Assembly: GCA_964413365.1 (NCBI GenBank)
Contig: CAYPRM010000001.1
Location: 333 to 55,655, forward strand
DNA: 55,323 nt
Source of the DNA: an uncultured Lachnospiraceae bacterium
Lineage (GTDB): Bacteria > Bacillota > Clostridia > Oscillospirales > CAG-272
Reading direction: 5' to 3'
Part shown: positions 46,962 to 55,323 of the stretch, one piece after another
How positions within the stretch are numbered: position 1 is the stretch's first letter
Layout: each line of letters begins with the position of its first letter
Made by a program: the position numbers and the translations under genes
The notes under the pieces: generated by a model
The model's database searches: none
What the model saw: the letters and a program-made list of their open reading frames with translations, nothing else
What the model was told of the DNA's origin: nothing

Positions 46962-48059
46962 ATGAAAGTTGTATTGCAAAATCTAACGAAGATCTTCCCT
47001 AACCGCGACAAGAAAAAGGTTAATGAAGACGTAGTAGCGGTAAACAACTTCACGTTCGAGATCCCCGACGGTAAGCTCATTGGCTTGCTCGGCCCCTCGG
47101 GCTGTGGAAAGAGTACCACGCTCTACATGATCAGCGGCTTGCAGAAGCCCACCTCCGGTCAGATCTTCTTCGGCGACGAGGACGTTACCGAGCTTCCGAC
47201 CGAGAAGCGCGGCGTAGGCTTGGTGTTCCAGAACTACGCGCTTTATCCTCACATGACAGTAAAGCAGAACATCCTCTTCCCCCTTCAGAATCTCAAGGGT
47301 GCAGATAAGCTCTCGAAGGATGTTATGCTCGAGCGTGCATACGAGGCTGCAAAACTTGTTCAGATCGACGAGCTTATGGACAGAAAGCCCAACGAGCTCT
47401 CCGGTGGTCAGCAGCAGCGTGTTGCTATCGCGCGCGCACTCGTAAAGATGCCCCGCGTGCTTCTTCTTGACGAGCCCCTTTCCAACCTCGACGCACGTCT
47501 GAGACTTCAGACTCGTGAGGAGATCAAGAGGATCCAGATGGAGACAGGCATTACGACCATATTCGTAACGCACGACCAAGAGGAGGCTATGAGCATCTCC
47601 GACTTCATCGTTGTTATGAAGCTCGGCGTAGTACAGCAGGTAGGTAAGCCCCAGGATGTCTATGACGATCCCGCTAACCTCTTTGTTGCAAAGTTCCTCG
47701 GCACTCCCCCCATCAACGTATTCAACGGTCAGGTAGTCGGCGGTAAGCTTTGCATTGGCGACACACCCGTCCTTGACGTTCCCGGTGTGGCAGATCAGCC
47801 CGTTACAGTCGGCATCCGCCCCGAGGGATTCATTCTTGACGATAACGGTCCTCTCGCTCTCAACCTCTCCAATGTCGAGGTCATGGGACGCGATGTGAGC
47901 ATCGTTTCCACTCATCCCGATTCTCAGAATCCTATCATCAGATCCATAGTCAACTCCGACGCTAAGATAAATCGTGAGGCAGAGGTCATCCGCTTCTCGC
48001 TCAAGCCCCATAAGGTATTCATCTTCAATACTGAGACTGAAGAAAGAATAGAATTTTAA
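46962..48059 (+). CDS. ABC transporter ATP-binding protein (MalK/MsmX-like, CUT1)
   Basis: GPSGCGKST, FQNYALYPHMTV, LSGGQQQRVA, LLDEPLSNLD, VTHDQEEA. Confidence 0.96.
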   Translation: MKVVLQNLTKIFPNRDKKKVNEDVVAVNNFTFEIPDGKLIGLLGPSGCGKSTTLYMISGLQKPTSGQIFFGDEDVTELPTEKRGVGLVFQNYALYPHMTVKQNILFPLQNLKGADKLSKDVMLERAYEAAKLVQIDELMDRKPNELSGGQQQRVAIARALVKMPRVLLLDEPLSNLDARLRLQTREEIKRIQMETGITTIFVTHDQEEAMSISDFIVVMKLGVVQQVGKPQDVYDDPANLFVAKFLGTPPINVFNGQVVGGKLCIGDTPVLDVPGVADQPVTVGIRPEGFILDDNGPLALNLSNVEVMGRDVSIVSTHPDSQNPIIRSIVNSDAKINREAEVIRFSLKPHKVFIFNTETEERIEF

Positions 48060-48070
48060 GGAGATTTATT

Positions 48071-49018
48071 ATGGTAGATAGCAAACAACAATGGAAAGCG
48101 TGGCTGTACCTTGCTCCTGCACTGATCCTGTTGCTTATTTTCACGGTCTGGCCCATCATCAATACAGTGCTGATGGCATTCCAGGAAAACTACAACGCTC
48201 TTGGAGCATTGACGGGCACGAAATACAATTGGGGTATAGGCAATTTCCGGACTGTTCTTGGTGATGCTTCCTTCTGGAACGCTCTTAAGAATACGCTCCT
48301 GCTCTGCATCCCCACAGTCCTTCTGTCGACATTCCTTGCTCTCGTTATCTCCGTGTGCCTTAACGCGATCAAGCCCCTTCAGAAGGTCCTTCAGACCATA
48401 TTCTTCATCCCCTACGTAACAAACTCCATCGCAATAGGAATGGTCTTCGCTACGATGTTCGGTATGATCGGTAAATTCGGAATGAAAGTTCCCTATATCG
48501 AGTCCTACGGAATCATAAACAATATTCTTATGGCTATCGGCGGTGAGGACGCTTGGATAAACTGGACCAGCCCCGGCTCCACATACACGAGCAACATAAT
48601 AGTTATGATCATCTACATAGTATGGAATGCTCTCCCCTTCAAGATCCTCATTCTTCTTGGCGGTCTCCAGAGCGTTAATAAGCAGTACTACGAGGCAGCG
48701 CGCGTTGACGGAACCTCGAAGGTAAGGACCTTCACAAGGATCACCGTACCGCTTCTCTCTCCGATGATCACATACGTCGTCATAACAGGCTTTATCGGCG
48801 GCTTCAAGGAATATACGAGCATCGTCGGTATATTCGGTGAGGGCATGGGTCCCATCGGTGCCTCGGGACGACTAAACACTATGGTAGGTCTTATTTACGA
48901 CTCACTTGAGGGAATGGATACGGGTATGGCGTCAGCCTCCGCTCTTATCCTCTTCGTTATAATCTTTATTGTAACTATGATAAACCTCAAGGTATCGAAT
49001 AAGACAACGCATTATTAA
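48071..49018 (+). CDS. ABC transporter permease (MalF-like)
   Basis: Six TMs, YYEAARVDG EAA loop, ITVPLLSP. Confidence 0.94.
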   Translation: MVDSKQQWKAWLYLAPALILLLIFTVWPIINTVLMAFQENYNALGALTGTKYNWGIGNFRTVLGDASFWNALKNTLLLCIPTVLLSTFLALVISVCLNAIKPLQKVLQTIFFIPYVTNSIAIGMVFATMFGMIGKFGMKVPYIESYGIINNILMAIGGEDAWINWTSPGSTYTSNIIVMIIYIVWNALPFKILILLGGLQSVNKQYYEAARVDGTSKVRTFTRITVPLLSPMITYVVITGFIGGFKEYTSIVGIFGEGMGPIGASGRLNTMVGLIYDSLEGMDTGMASASALILFVIIFIVTMINLKVSNKTTHY

Positions 49019-49036
49019 TTAAAGGAGGTAGTAAAA

Positions 49037-49984
49037 ATGTCTGAAAGCAATATCAACACCTCCACATCCCTTCATTTGATGAAGGAAAAGGACATGAAGG
49101 AGGTAACGAGAACCGCCAAAATAATGAAGGTCCTCGGTTACATCGCGATCTACGCATTCCTCTTCTTCATGGCACTTGTAGTTCTTTTCCCCTTCTATTG
49201 GATGCTTATCTCCTCTGTCAAGGATTACGATGAGTACGTCCGTACCATCCCCACTCTCTGGCCCGAGACCTTCCATTGGGAAAACTACATCACCGCTATC
49301 GAGCAGGCAAACCTCACTCGAGTATTTATGAATACGATCTACGTAGGTATTGTATCTACGGTGCTCTCGCTCGTAATTACAGTTCTCTGCGCCTTCGCAT
49401 TTGCAAGGCTTGAGTTCAAGGGTAAGAACGCCCTCTTCGCAGCTCTCCTTGGAACGATGATGATCCCCGGTGAGCTCTTCACGATCACTAACTACCAGAC
49501 GGTCGTGGCATTTGACTGGATAAATATGGACAAATACGGATTTACGATGCTCATCGTACCATTCCTTGTAAGTGTATTCTATATCTATCTCTTGAGGCAA
49601 AACTTCCTTCAAATACCAAATGAGCTGTACCTTGCGGCTAAGGTCGACGGCACGTCGGATATCAAGTACCTCTGGAAGGTAATGATACCCCTCGCACTCC
49701 CGACGCTCATCTCCATCACCATCCTTAAGATGATGGGCTCGTGGAACACCTACGTGTGGCCCAACCTCGTCGTTACAGGTAAATACAGAGAGGACAACGC
49801 GTACCTGCTCGTAACGAACGCTATCCGTGGCGCAAGCTACATAGTCGGAACCGATACGAGCAAGACCAACTACCCCGTACAGATGGCGGCGGTCGCAATG
49901 ATCTCTCTTCCCCTCTTCCTCGTATACCTCTTCCTTCGTAAGTACATTATGAAGGGCGTATCGAGAAGCGGTATCAAGGGTTAA
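49037..49984 (+). CDS. ABC transporter permease (MalG-like)
   Basis: FPFYWM, AFAFARLEFKGKN, IPNELYLAAKVDG, WNTYVWP. Confidence 0.94.
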   Translation: MSESNINTSTSLHLMKEKDMKEVTRTAKIMKVLGYIAIYAFLFFMALVVLFPFYWMLISSVKDYDEYVRTIPTLWPETFHWENYITAIEQANLTRVFMNTIYVGIVSTVLSLVITVLCAFAFARLEFKGKNALFAALLGTMMIPGELFTITNYQTVVAFDWINMDKYGFTMLIVPFLVSVFYIYLLRQNFLQIPNELYLAAKVDGTSDIKYLWKVMIPLALPTLISITILKMMGSWNTYVWPNLVVTGKYREDNAYLLVTNAIRGASYIVGTDTSKTNYPVQMAAVAMISLPLFLVYLFLRKYIMKGVSRSGIKG

Positions 49985-49992
49985 TACCCACA

Positions 49993-50021
49993 TTAAGGTT
50001 ATATCCCTAACGGGTTATAAT
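49993..50021 (+). promoter_or_regulatory. possible internal promoter for the lipoprotein genes
   Basis: TTAAGG-17-TATAAT in the intergenic gap. Confidence 0.3.
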
Positions 50022-50059
50022 AAATATAAATCTTAAATTAAGAAAGGATGCGCAACCAA

Positions 50060-51484
50060 ATGAAAAGATTTATTTCCCTCTTCCTTGTTATCGTGATGGT
50101 GGTAGCTTGCCTTACGGCTTGCCCCGAGTCCACTCCCGATGAAGGAGAAGCTATCGACGCTTACATCAGTGAGCAGTTTGCAAACGCGATAGCTGAGTGC
50201 GAGCGCAAGTATCCCAGTGGCTCCTCTGCAGGTGCTACTGAAGATTCATTCGTGCTTGCAGACGGCGAGACCTACGATGGCTCAGCAGTTGAGATCGAGT
50301 TCTCGCACACTATGGGACAGAGCCTTCGTGACGTTCTCGATGCTTACATCGTAGAATTCAACAAGATCTACCCCAACATCAAGATCACACACACCCAGGT
50401 AGGCGGATATGACGATGTCCGTGACACAGTTTCCAAGCAGATCCTTGCAGGAACACAGCCCAACATCGCTTACTGCTACCCCGACCACGTTGCTCTTTAC
50501 AACCTTGCTAATGCTGTTGTAACTCTTGATCAGTTCATCAACAGCCCCGAGCTTGGTCTTACCCAGGAGCAGATCGACGACTTTATCCCCGCTTACTACG
50601 AGGAAGGCAGATCCTACGGCGACGGCAAGATGTATACTCTTCCCCTCTCCAAGTCTACCGAGGTCCTTTACTACAACAAGACATTCTTTGATAATAACGG
50701 TCTCTCCGTTCCCACGACATGGGACGAGATGGAGGCTCTCTGCCAGAGAATCCTTGAGATCGACACCACTCCCCAGAACATTCCTCTCGGATATGACTCT
50801 GAGAGCAACTGGTTCATCACCATGTGCGAGCAGTACGGCTCTCCCTACACCTCCGCAACAGGCACGAAGTATCTCTTCAACAATGAGACGAACAGAAACT
50901 TCGTTAAGAGATTTGCAGAGTGGTACTACAACGGATACGTAACCACACAGGAGATCTTCGGTGCGTACACATCCGGACTCTTCATCGAGACCGATACGTC
51001 CAAGGCTCACTCCTATATGTGCATCGGTTCCTCCGCAGGTGCTTCTCACCAGATCCCCACCGGAGAGAACGCTTTTGAGGTAGGCATCGCTCCTATTCCT
51101 CAGGTAGATCCCTCCAAGCCCAAGGCTATATCTCAGGGTCCCTCTCTTGTTATCCTTAACAACGATAACAGACAGGAGGTCATCGCTTCTTGGCTCTTCG
51201 TTAAGTTCCTTACGACAAACATAGAGTTCCAGGCTGAGTTCTCCATTGCTTCCGGTTACATTCCCGTACTCCAGTCCGTAATGGAAAACGAGATCTATAA
51301 GAGCGAATTCATCGACAAGGCTGACGGCTGGAAGAACCTCACCGCTCTTGCAGTTAAGGTTGGTCTTGAGCAGAAGGATTCTTACTATGTATCTCCCGCA
51401 TTCACAGGCTCGTCCGTAGCTCGTGATGAGGTAGGTAAGATCATTCAGAACGTTCTTGTTAACTACGGTAGTCACCTTAACTAA
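50060..51484 (+). CDS. extracellular solute-binding lipoprotein (family 1)
   Basis: Lipobox LTAC; EFNKIYPNIKI, LYYNKTFF, VPTTWDE, SWLFVKFLT, SGYIP; alternative start at 50048. Confidence 0.92.
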   Translation: MKRFISLFLVIVMVVACLTACPESTPDEGEAIDAYISEQFANAIAECERKYPSGSSAGATEDSFVLADGETYDGSAVEIEFSHTMGQSLRDVLDAYIVEFNKIYPNIKITHTQVGGYDDVRDTVSKQILAGTQPNIAYCYPDHVALYNLANAVVTLDQFINSPELGLTQEQIDDFIPAYYEEGRSYGDGKMYTLPLSKSTEVLYYNKTFFDNNGLSVPTTWDEMEALCQRILEIDTTPQNIPLGYDSESNWFITMCEQYGSPYTSATGTKYLFNNETNRNFVKRFAEWYYNGYVTTQEIFGAYTSGLFIETDTSKAHSYMCIGSSAGASHQIPTGENAFEVGIAPIPQVDPSKPKAISQGPSLVILNNDNRQEVIASWLFVKFLTTNIEFQAEFSIASGYIPVLQSVMENEIYKSEFIDKADGWKNLTALAVKVGLEQKDSYYVSPAFTGSSVARDEVGKIIQNVLVNYGSHLN

Positions 51485-51514
51485 GCATTTTAACGAGAAA
51501 AATCAACTAAAATT

Positions 51515-52930
51515 ATGAAAGCAAGTTTTAGAATATTAACCGTCGTTCTCCTCGTTGCGATAGTTCTCGCGACATTCTCGGGATGCCCTAATCCCGATTC
51601 GAGCACTACCACGACTACAACAACGACACGACCCACCACTACAAAGAAGCCTACCACTTCCTCTACCACAGCCTCAGCGACGAAGCCCGATCCCGATGAC
51701 TTCATCGACTTTGCAGGTCAGGTAAAGCTGGATCTCAATTCTGATAGGCTCAGAGAAGAGGTAACGGTCCATCAGTTCGTTGACGGAGACACGACACACT
51801 TTAATGTTCCTAAGACGATCGCGGCATCGGGCGTGTTGAAGGCGAGATATCTTGCCGTCAACACCCCCGAATCCACGGGCACTATCGAGGAGTGGGGCAA
51901 GGCTGCCTCCAATTACACGAGATCCAAGCTCGAGGCTGCTACATCTATTATTATAGAGAGCGACACCGACACATGGAATCTCGACTCCACGGGCAAGAGA
52001 CATCTTGTTTGGGTTTGGTATAAGACTGCGGATATGACTGAATACCGCAACCTCAATATCGAGCTTCTTCAGGAGGGACTTGCGATAGCGTCCAATTCTG
52101 CGCAGAATTCCTACGGAACATACTGCACAGATGCGATCGATCAGGCGCGTGCTTATGCGCTCTACGTTTATTCAAACGATAAGGATCCCGACTACTACTA
52201 CGGCGAGGCTATTCAGCTCACGCTCAAGGAGGTCGCCACCAATCCTCAGAAGTATCTCGGCAAGACCGTTGCTTTCGAAGGACTTGTTACCAAGGACGAC
52301 GGCAGCAGCATCTTCCTCGAGGAATTTGACGAGGAAACGGGCATGTACCTCGGCGTTACCTGCTTCAAGGGCTACTCCCTTCCCGGTAAGGGACAGGAGA
52401 TCATCACCCCCGGTAACCGCGTGAGAATAGTCGGCTCTGTTCAGTACTACGAGGCAGGCGATATCTATCAGATCTCCGACCTCAGCTACAGAGTTATGAG
52501 GCCGAGCGATCCCGATAACCTTCAGCTTATAAGCACAGGACACACCCCCGCATTTACACTCACAGACGCTGATACCTTCCTTAACACTAAGGTCTCCGTA
52601 ACCATCAAGGGCGACGAGGACAATGAAACCGTCGAGGAATGGGACTATGCAAGGCTTGCCCTTAATACGTCCATTGAGATGAAGAATCTCAAGGTTACAA
52701 GCGTTTATACTACCAATAACGGCGGCGACAATGATGGCGCTATGACGCTCACCTGCACCGTCGACGGACATACGATCACAGTAAGGACAGTAGTCCTTCT
52801 TAAAGACGGCGTCCGCATCACCGAGGATTACTTTAAGGGTAAAACTATTGACGTTAAGGGAATCGTAGAGTCCTATAACGGCAAATACCAGATAAAGCTC
52901 CTCACACTCAACGACGTAGTCGTCAAATAA
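51515..52930 (+). CDS. thermonuclease (SNase) lipoprotein with C-terminal OB-fold domains
   Basis: Lipobox FSGC, Thr-rich linker, VDGDT, RYLAVNTPES, DSTGKRHLVWVW, NIELLQEGLA; then GNRVRIVGSVQYY and DVKGIVESYNGKYQI OB-like repeats. Confidence 0.88.
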   Translation: MKASFRILTVVLLVAIVLATFSGCPNPDSSTTTTTTTTRPTTTKKPTTSSTTASATKPDPDDFIDFAGQVKLDLNSDRLREEVTVHQFVDGDTTHFNVPKTIAASGVLKARYLAVNTPESTGTIEEWGKAASNYTRSKLEAATSIIIESDTDTWNLDSTGKRHLVWVWYKTADMTEYRNLNIELLQEGLAIASNSAQNSYGTYCTDAIDQARAYALYVYSNDKDPDYYYGEAIQLTLKEVATNPQKYLGKTVAFEGLVTKDDGSSIFLEEFDEETGMYLGVTCFKGYSLPGKGQEIITPGNRVRIVGSVQYYEAGDIYQISDLSYRVMRPSDPDNLQLISTGHTPAFTLTDADTFLNTKVSVTIKGDEDNETVEEWDYARLALNTSIEMKNLKVTSVYTTNNGGDNDGAMTLTCTVDGHTITVRTVVLLKDGVRITEDYFKGKTIDVKGIVESYNGKYQIKLLTLNDVVVK

Positions 52931-52967
52931 TTTCAAAATAACAAAATAATATTTATAAGGAGTTATT

Positions 52968-55323
52968 ATGAAAAAAGTATTAAGTCTCGTACTTATCGTC
53001 ATCATGTGCCTCTTCACCCTTACGTCCTGCGATATGTTTGACGTAAAGGCTTGGATCGGCACTAATATGCCTTGGGTTGGCACGATCATTCCCGGTCTCA
53101 CACCCGACCAGCCTGATCAGCCCGAGCCCGATCAGCCCACCACCCCCGCTACTGTAGCTGAGAACGCAAGAGATTATCTTGAGTCCATCTACATTAACTT
53201 CCTTGACAACAATAAGACACCCGCTGACTTCGAGCTTATCAGCTCCTTCAAGTTCAACGGTGCTACCGCTACTGTTGCATGGACAACCAACAACGAGTCC
53301 ATCACCTTCGTTCCCAAGGCGGGCAAGGAGGACACAATCGTTATCGCAACTCTCCCCGCAAGAGGTGAGGCAGATGTTGAGTACGTTCTCACAGGTACAG
53401 TTACCGCTGCTGACGGCTCCACAGCAACTCTCTCCTACACTCTCGTAATTCCTCAGATGGCTATCAACACATACGCTGAGTATGCTGCTGCAGCTAACGG
53501 TGATCTTATCACAGTTGAGGGTATCGTTACAGGTATCACAAAGAAGAGCGACGGCTGGTCCGCTAATAACCTCTTCCTTCAGGATGCTGACGGCGGTTAC
53601 TACGTATACAACCTCGCTGACGACCAGCTTAACGGCGTTGAGGTCGGCATGAAGGTTCGCGTAAGCGGAAGCAAGGACAACTACAACGGAACATACGAGG
53701 TAGTAAGCGCAAGCGTTTCTATCGTTGATTCCAATAAGGCTCCCGTAACTCCTGCAGACTACACCGAGCTTCTTAAGAACGCTGAAGGCCTTGAGGCTGA
53801 GGAACTCGTTGGTAAGCAGGCATTCCTCGTAACCATTAAGGGCGTTACCATCCTTGAGGCTGGTGACAACGGTTACTACTACTTCCAGATCGGAGAGCAC
53901 AAGGTATATCTTAGAATATCCTCCTCCAACAACCCCTGCACAAGCGCAGATACAGACGCAATCAAGGCTGCACACGCTGCAAACTTTGGTAACACAGGTG
54001 ATGTAACTGGTCTTGTATCCATTTACAGCAATAAGTTCTATCTCACTCCCGTTTCCGGCGATGCTTTCAACAACTTCACAGTAGTTGAAAAGACCGACGC
54101 TGAGAAGGTTGCATACGAGAAAGAAAACCTTTCCATAAAGACATCCTACAGCAATGCCGGCGAGTATACCCTTCCCCTTGTAGGCGCTAACTACACTGAC
54201 GTTGTAGTAAGCTGGGTATCCGGAAGCGAGATCATCGTTATCGGTGAGAACGGTGCTATTACCGTAACTCTTCCCGATGAAAATACAAACGTAACTCTTA
54301 CAGCTACATTCAAACTTGGCGACGTGACCGAGACCAAGCAGTACACGGTTTCTGTTGCAGCTAAGCCCAAGGTTGCATTCAATATCGTTGATACCCCCGT
54401 AGTCGGCAATGAGTATTACTTCATGGTCGAGCAGGGCAACCTTGACAATAAGAAGCTCTTCGCTCTCGGCGAGATGAACGGCAACTTCATGAAGACTGTT
54501 GAGGACTACACCACCGCTCTTAAGGTAAAGGTTCTCCAGGCAGAGGGTGGCTACTATCTCCAGATCGGTGAGAAGTACATTGGTATTTCTTCTTACACAA
54601 ATTCTAGCAACAAAACATCCTACAAGATCACTCTTGACGATGCTGCAACCACCGTATTCGCATGGAACACAGAGCACAAGACCTTCACAACCCAAATTGG
54701 GAATGTAGATCTCTACATTGGTGCTTACAACTCATATGAAACTTTCAGTGCAAGCAACATCAGCTACATCGGCACAAGCTTCCCCGCACACCTTGTAACT
54801 GTTGGCGCAGCTGCAGTTATTGATGACGGTGACTACACGATCTCCGCAGGCGGCATTCACTTGGGTGCTCTCGCTGAGGATAAGACCTACGGCTACCTTC
54901 CCAAGGCAGATGTCGGTGCAGCTTTCACGATCAAGAATGTTGACGGTGGCATTACAATTCAGGATTCCTACGGACGTTATCTCTACATGTCCGGAAGTTA
55001 CAATAGCTTCCAGCTTGGCAATACCGCTCCCGAGGACGGCTCTCATGTTTGGAAGGTTACAGTTAACGCCGACGGAACATACACATTTGTAAACTCCGTA
55101 ACCGAAAAGATCATAGGCTATAGCACTGGCTTCAACTCCGCCGGTGCTTATGCAGAGGCTGGAACGAACGTTGTTGCTCTTACACTTGCAGCTTATGTTG
55201 CTCCCTCCGATCCTGATCCCGATCCTGATCCTACTCCCGATCCCGATCCTACTCCCGATCCCGATCCTGATCCTACTCCCGATCCCGATCCCGATCCTAC
55301 TCCCGATCCCGATCCCGATCCTA
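52968..55323 (+). CDS. large surface lipoprotein with Ig-like and OB-fold domains (partial, runs off window end)
   Basis: AAGGAG RBS, ATG 52968, MKKVLSLVLIVIMCLFTLTSC lipobox; manual translation is open to the window end (785 codons); VEGIVTG...LFLQDADGGYYVY...VGMKVRVSG..DNYNG OB motif. Confidence 0.85.
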   Translation, partial: MKKVLSLVLIVIMCLFTLTSCDMFDVKAWIGTNMPWVGTIIPGLTPDQPDQPEPDQPTTPATVAENARDYLESIYINFLDNNKTPADFELISSFKFNGATATVAWTTNNESITFVPKAGKEDTIVIATLPARGEADVEYVLTGTVTAADGSTATLSYTLVIPQMAINTYAEYAAAANGDLITVEGIVTGITKKSDGWSANNLFLQDADGGYYVYNLADDQLNGVEVGMKVRVSGSKDNYNGTYEVVSASVSIVDSNKAPVTPADYTELLKNAEGLEAEELVGKQAFLVTIKGVTILEAGDNGYYYFQIGEHKVYLRISSSNNPCTSADTDAIKAAHAANFGNTGDVTGLVSIYSNKFYLTPVSGDAFNNFTVVEKTDAEKVAYEKENLSIKTSYSNAGEYTLPLVGANYTDVVVSWVSGSEIIVIGENGAITVTLPDENTNVTLTATFKLGDVTETKQYTVSVAAKPKVAFNIVDTPVVGNEYYFMVEQGNLDNKKLFALGEMNGNFMKTVEDYTTALKVKVLQAEGGYYLQIGEKYIGISSYTNSSNKTSYKITLDDAATTVFAWNTEHKTFTTQIGNVDLYIGAYNSYETFSASNISYIGTSFPAHLVTVGAAAVIDDGDYTISAGGIHLGALAEDKTYGYLPKADVGAAFTIKNVDGGITIQDSYGRYLYMSGSYNSFQLGNTAPEDGSHVWKVTVNADGTYTFVNSVTEKIIGYSTGFNSAGAYAEAGTNVVALTLAAYVAPSDPDPDPDPTPDPDPTPDPDPDPTPDPDPDPTPDPDPDP
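55209..55323 (+). repeat. coding tandem repeat GATCC(C/T) / GATCCTACTCCC encoding (DP)n/DPTP
   Basis: Directly visible; in frame with the 52968 CDS. Confidence 0.95.

Noticed and set aside
46983-53101. Several 300-400 aa minus-strand ORFs over the ABC operon
   Set aside because: All lie antisense to well-supported genes and lack recognisable domains
52980-54695. 571-aa minus-strand ORF
   Set aside because: Antisense shadow of the real plus-strand lipoprotein starting at 52968
55209-55323. CRISPR-like array
   Set aside because: Short tandem units without unique spacers; it is an in-frame Pro/Asp linker
1-55323. Mobile elements, prophage, defence systems, tRNA/rRNA genes
   Set aside because: No integrase, transposase, phage, Cas or restriction motifs and no structural RNA genes were recognised by eye

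Overview
Chromosomal window from a spore-forming Clostridia-class Firmicute. I see no tRNA, rRNA, CRISPR array, transposase or phage genes. Contents in order: 5' part of rpsB with its leader; ylmC; the complete spoIIIAA-AH operon; glpK plus a lipase; a degenerate UxaC homolog with a nucleoside phosphorylase; dxs-mntR; CdaR-ctpA-greA-lysS; rsmE; nfeD-SPFH; lepB-rbgA-rnhB-yraN-dipeptidase-thrC; tig-clpP-clpX; a solitary sigG with a Cys-rich gene; trmK-nif3-pseudophosphatase-rlmD; an M16 peptidase; a YhaM/CdsB-like enzyme; a CNNM/CorC transporter; and a final operon running off the window. Best candidates for undescribed biology: (1) that final operon (RDD protein, CUT1 ABC transporter, binding lipoprotein, thermonuclease lipoprotein, and a large OB/Ig-fold lipoprotein missing from the ORF track), which resembles Mollicute nuclease-ABC nucleic-acid scavenging loci; (2) an unannotated MgtL-like uORF (MDPLPR...) plus an anti-Shine-Dalgarno helix upstream of the CNNM/CorC putative Mg2+ exporter; (3) three intact ORFs that have lost or altered catalytic residues (UxaC-like, PPP-phosphatase-like, E2-acyltransferase-like). 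All family assignments come from motif recognition by eye, not from database searches.
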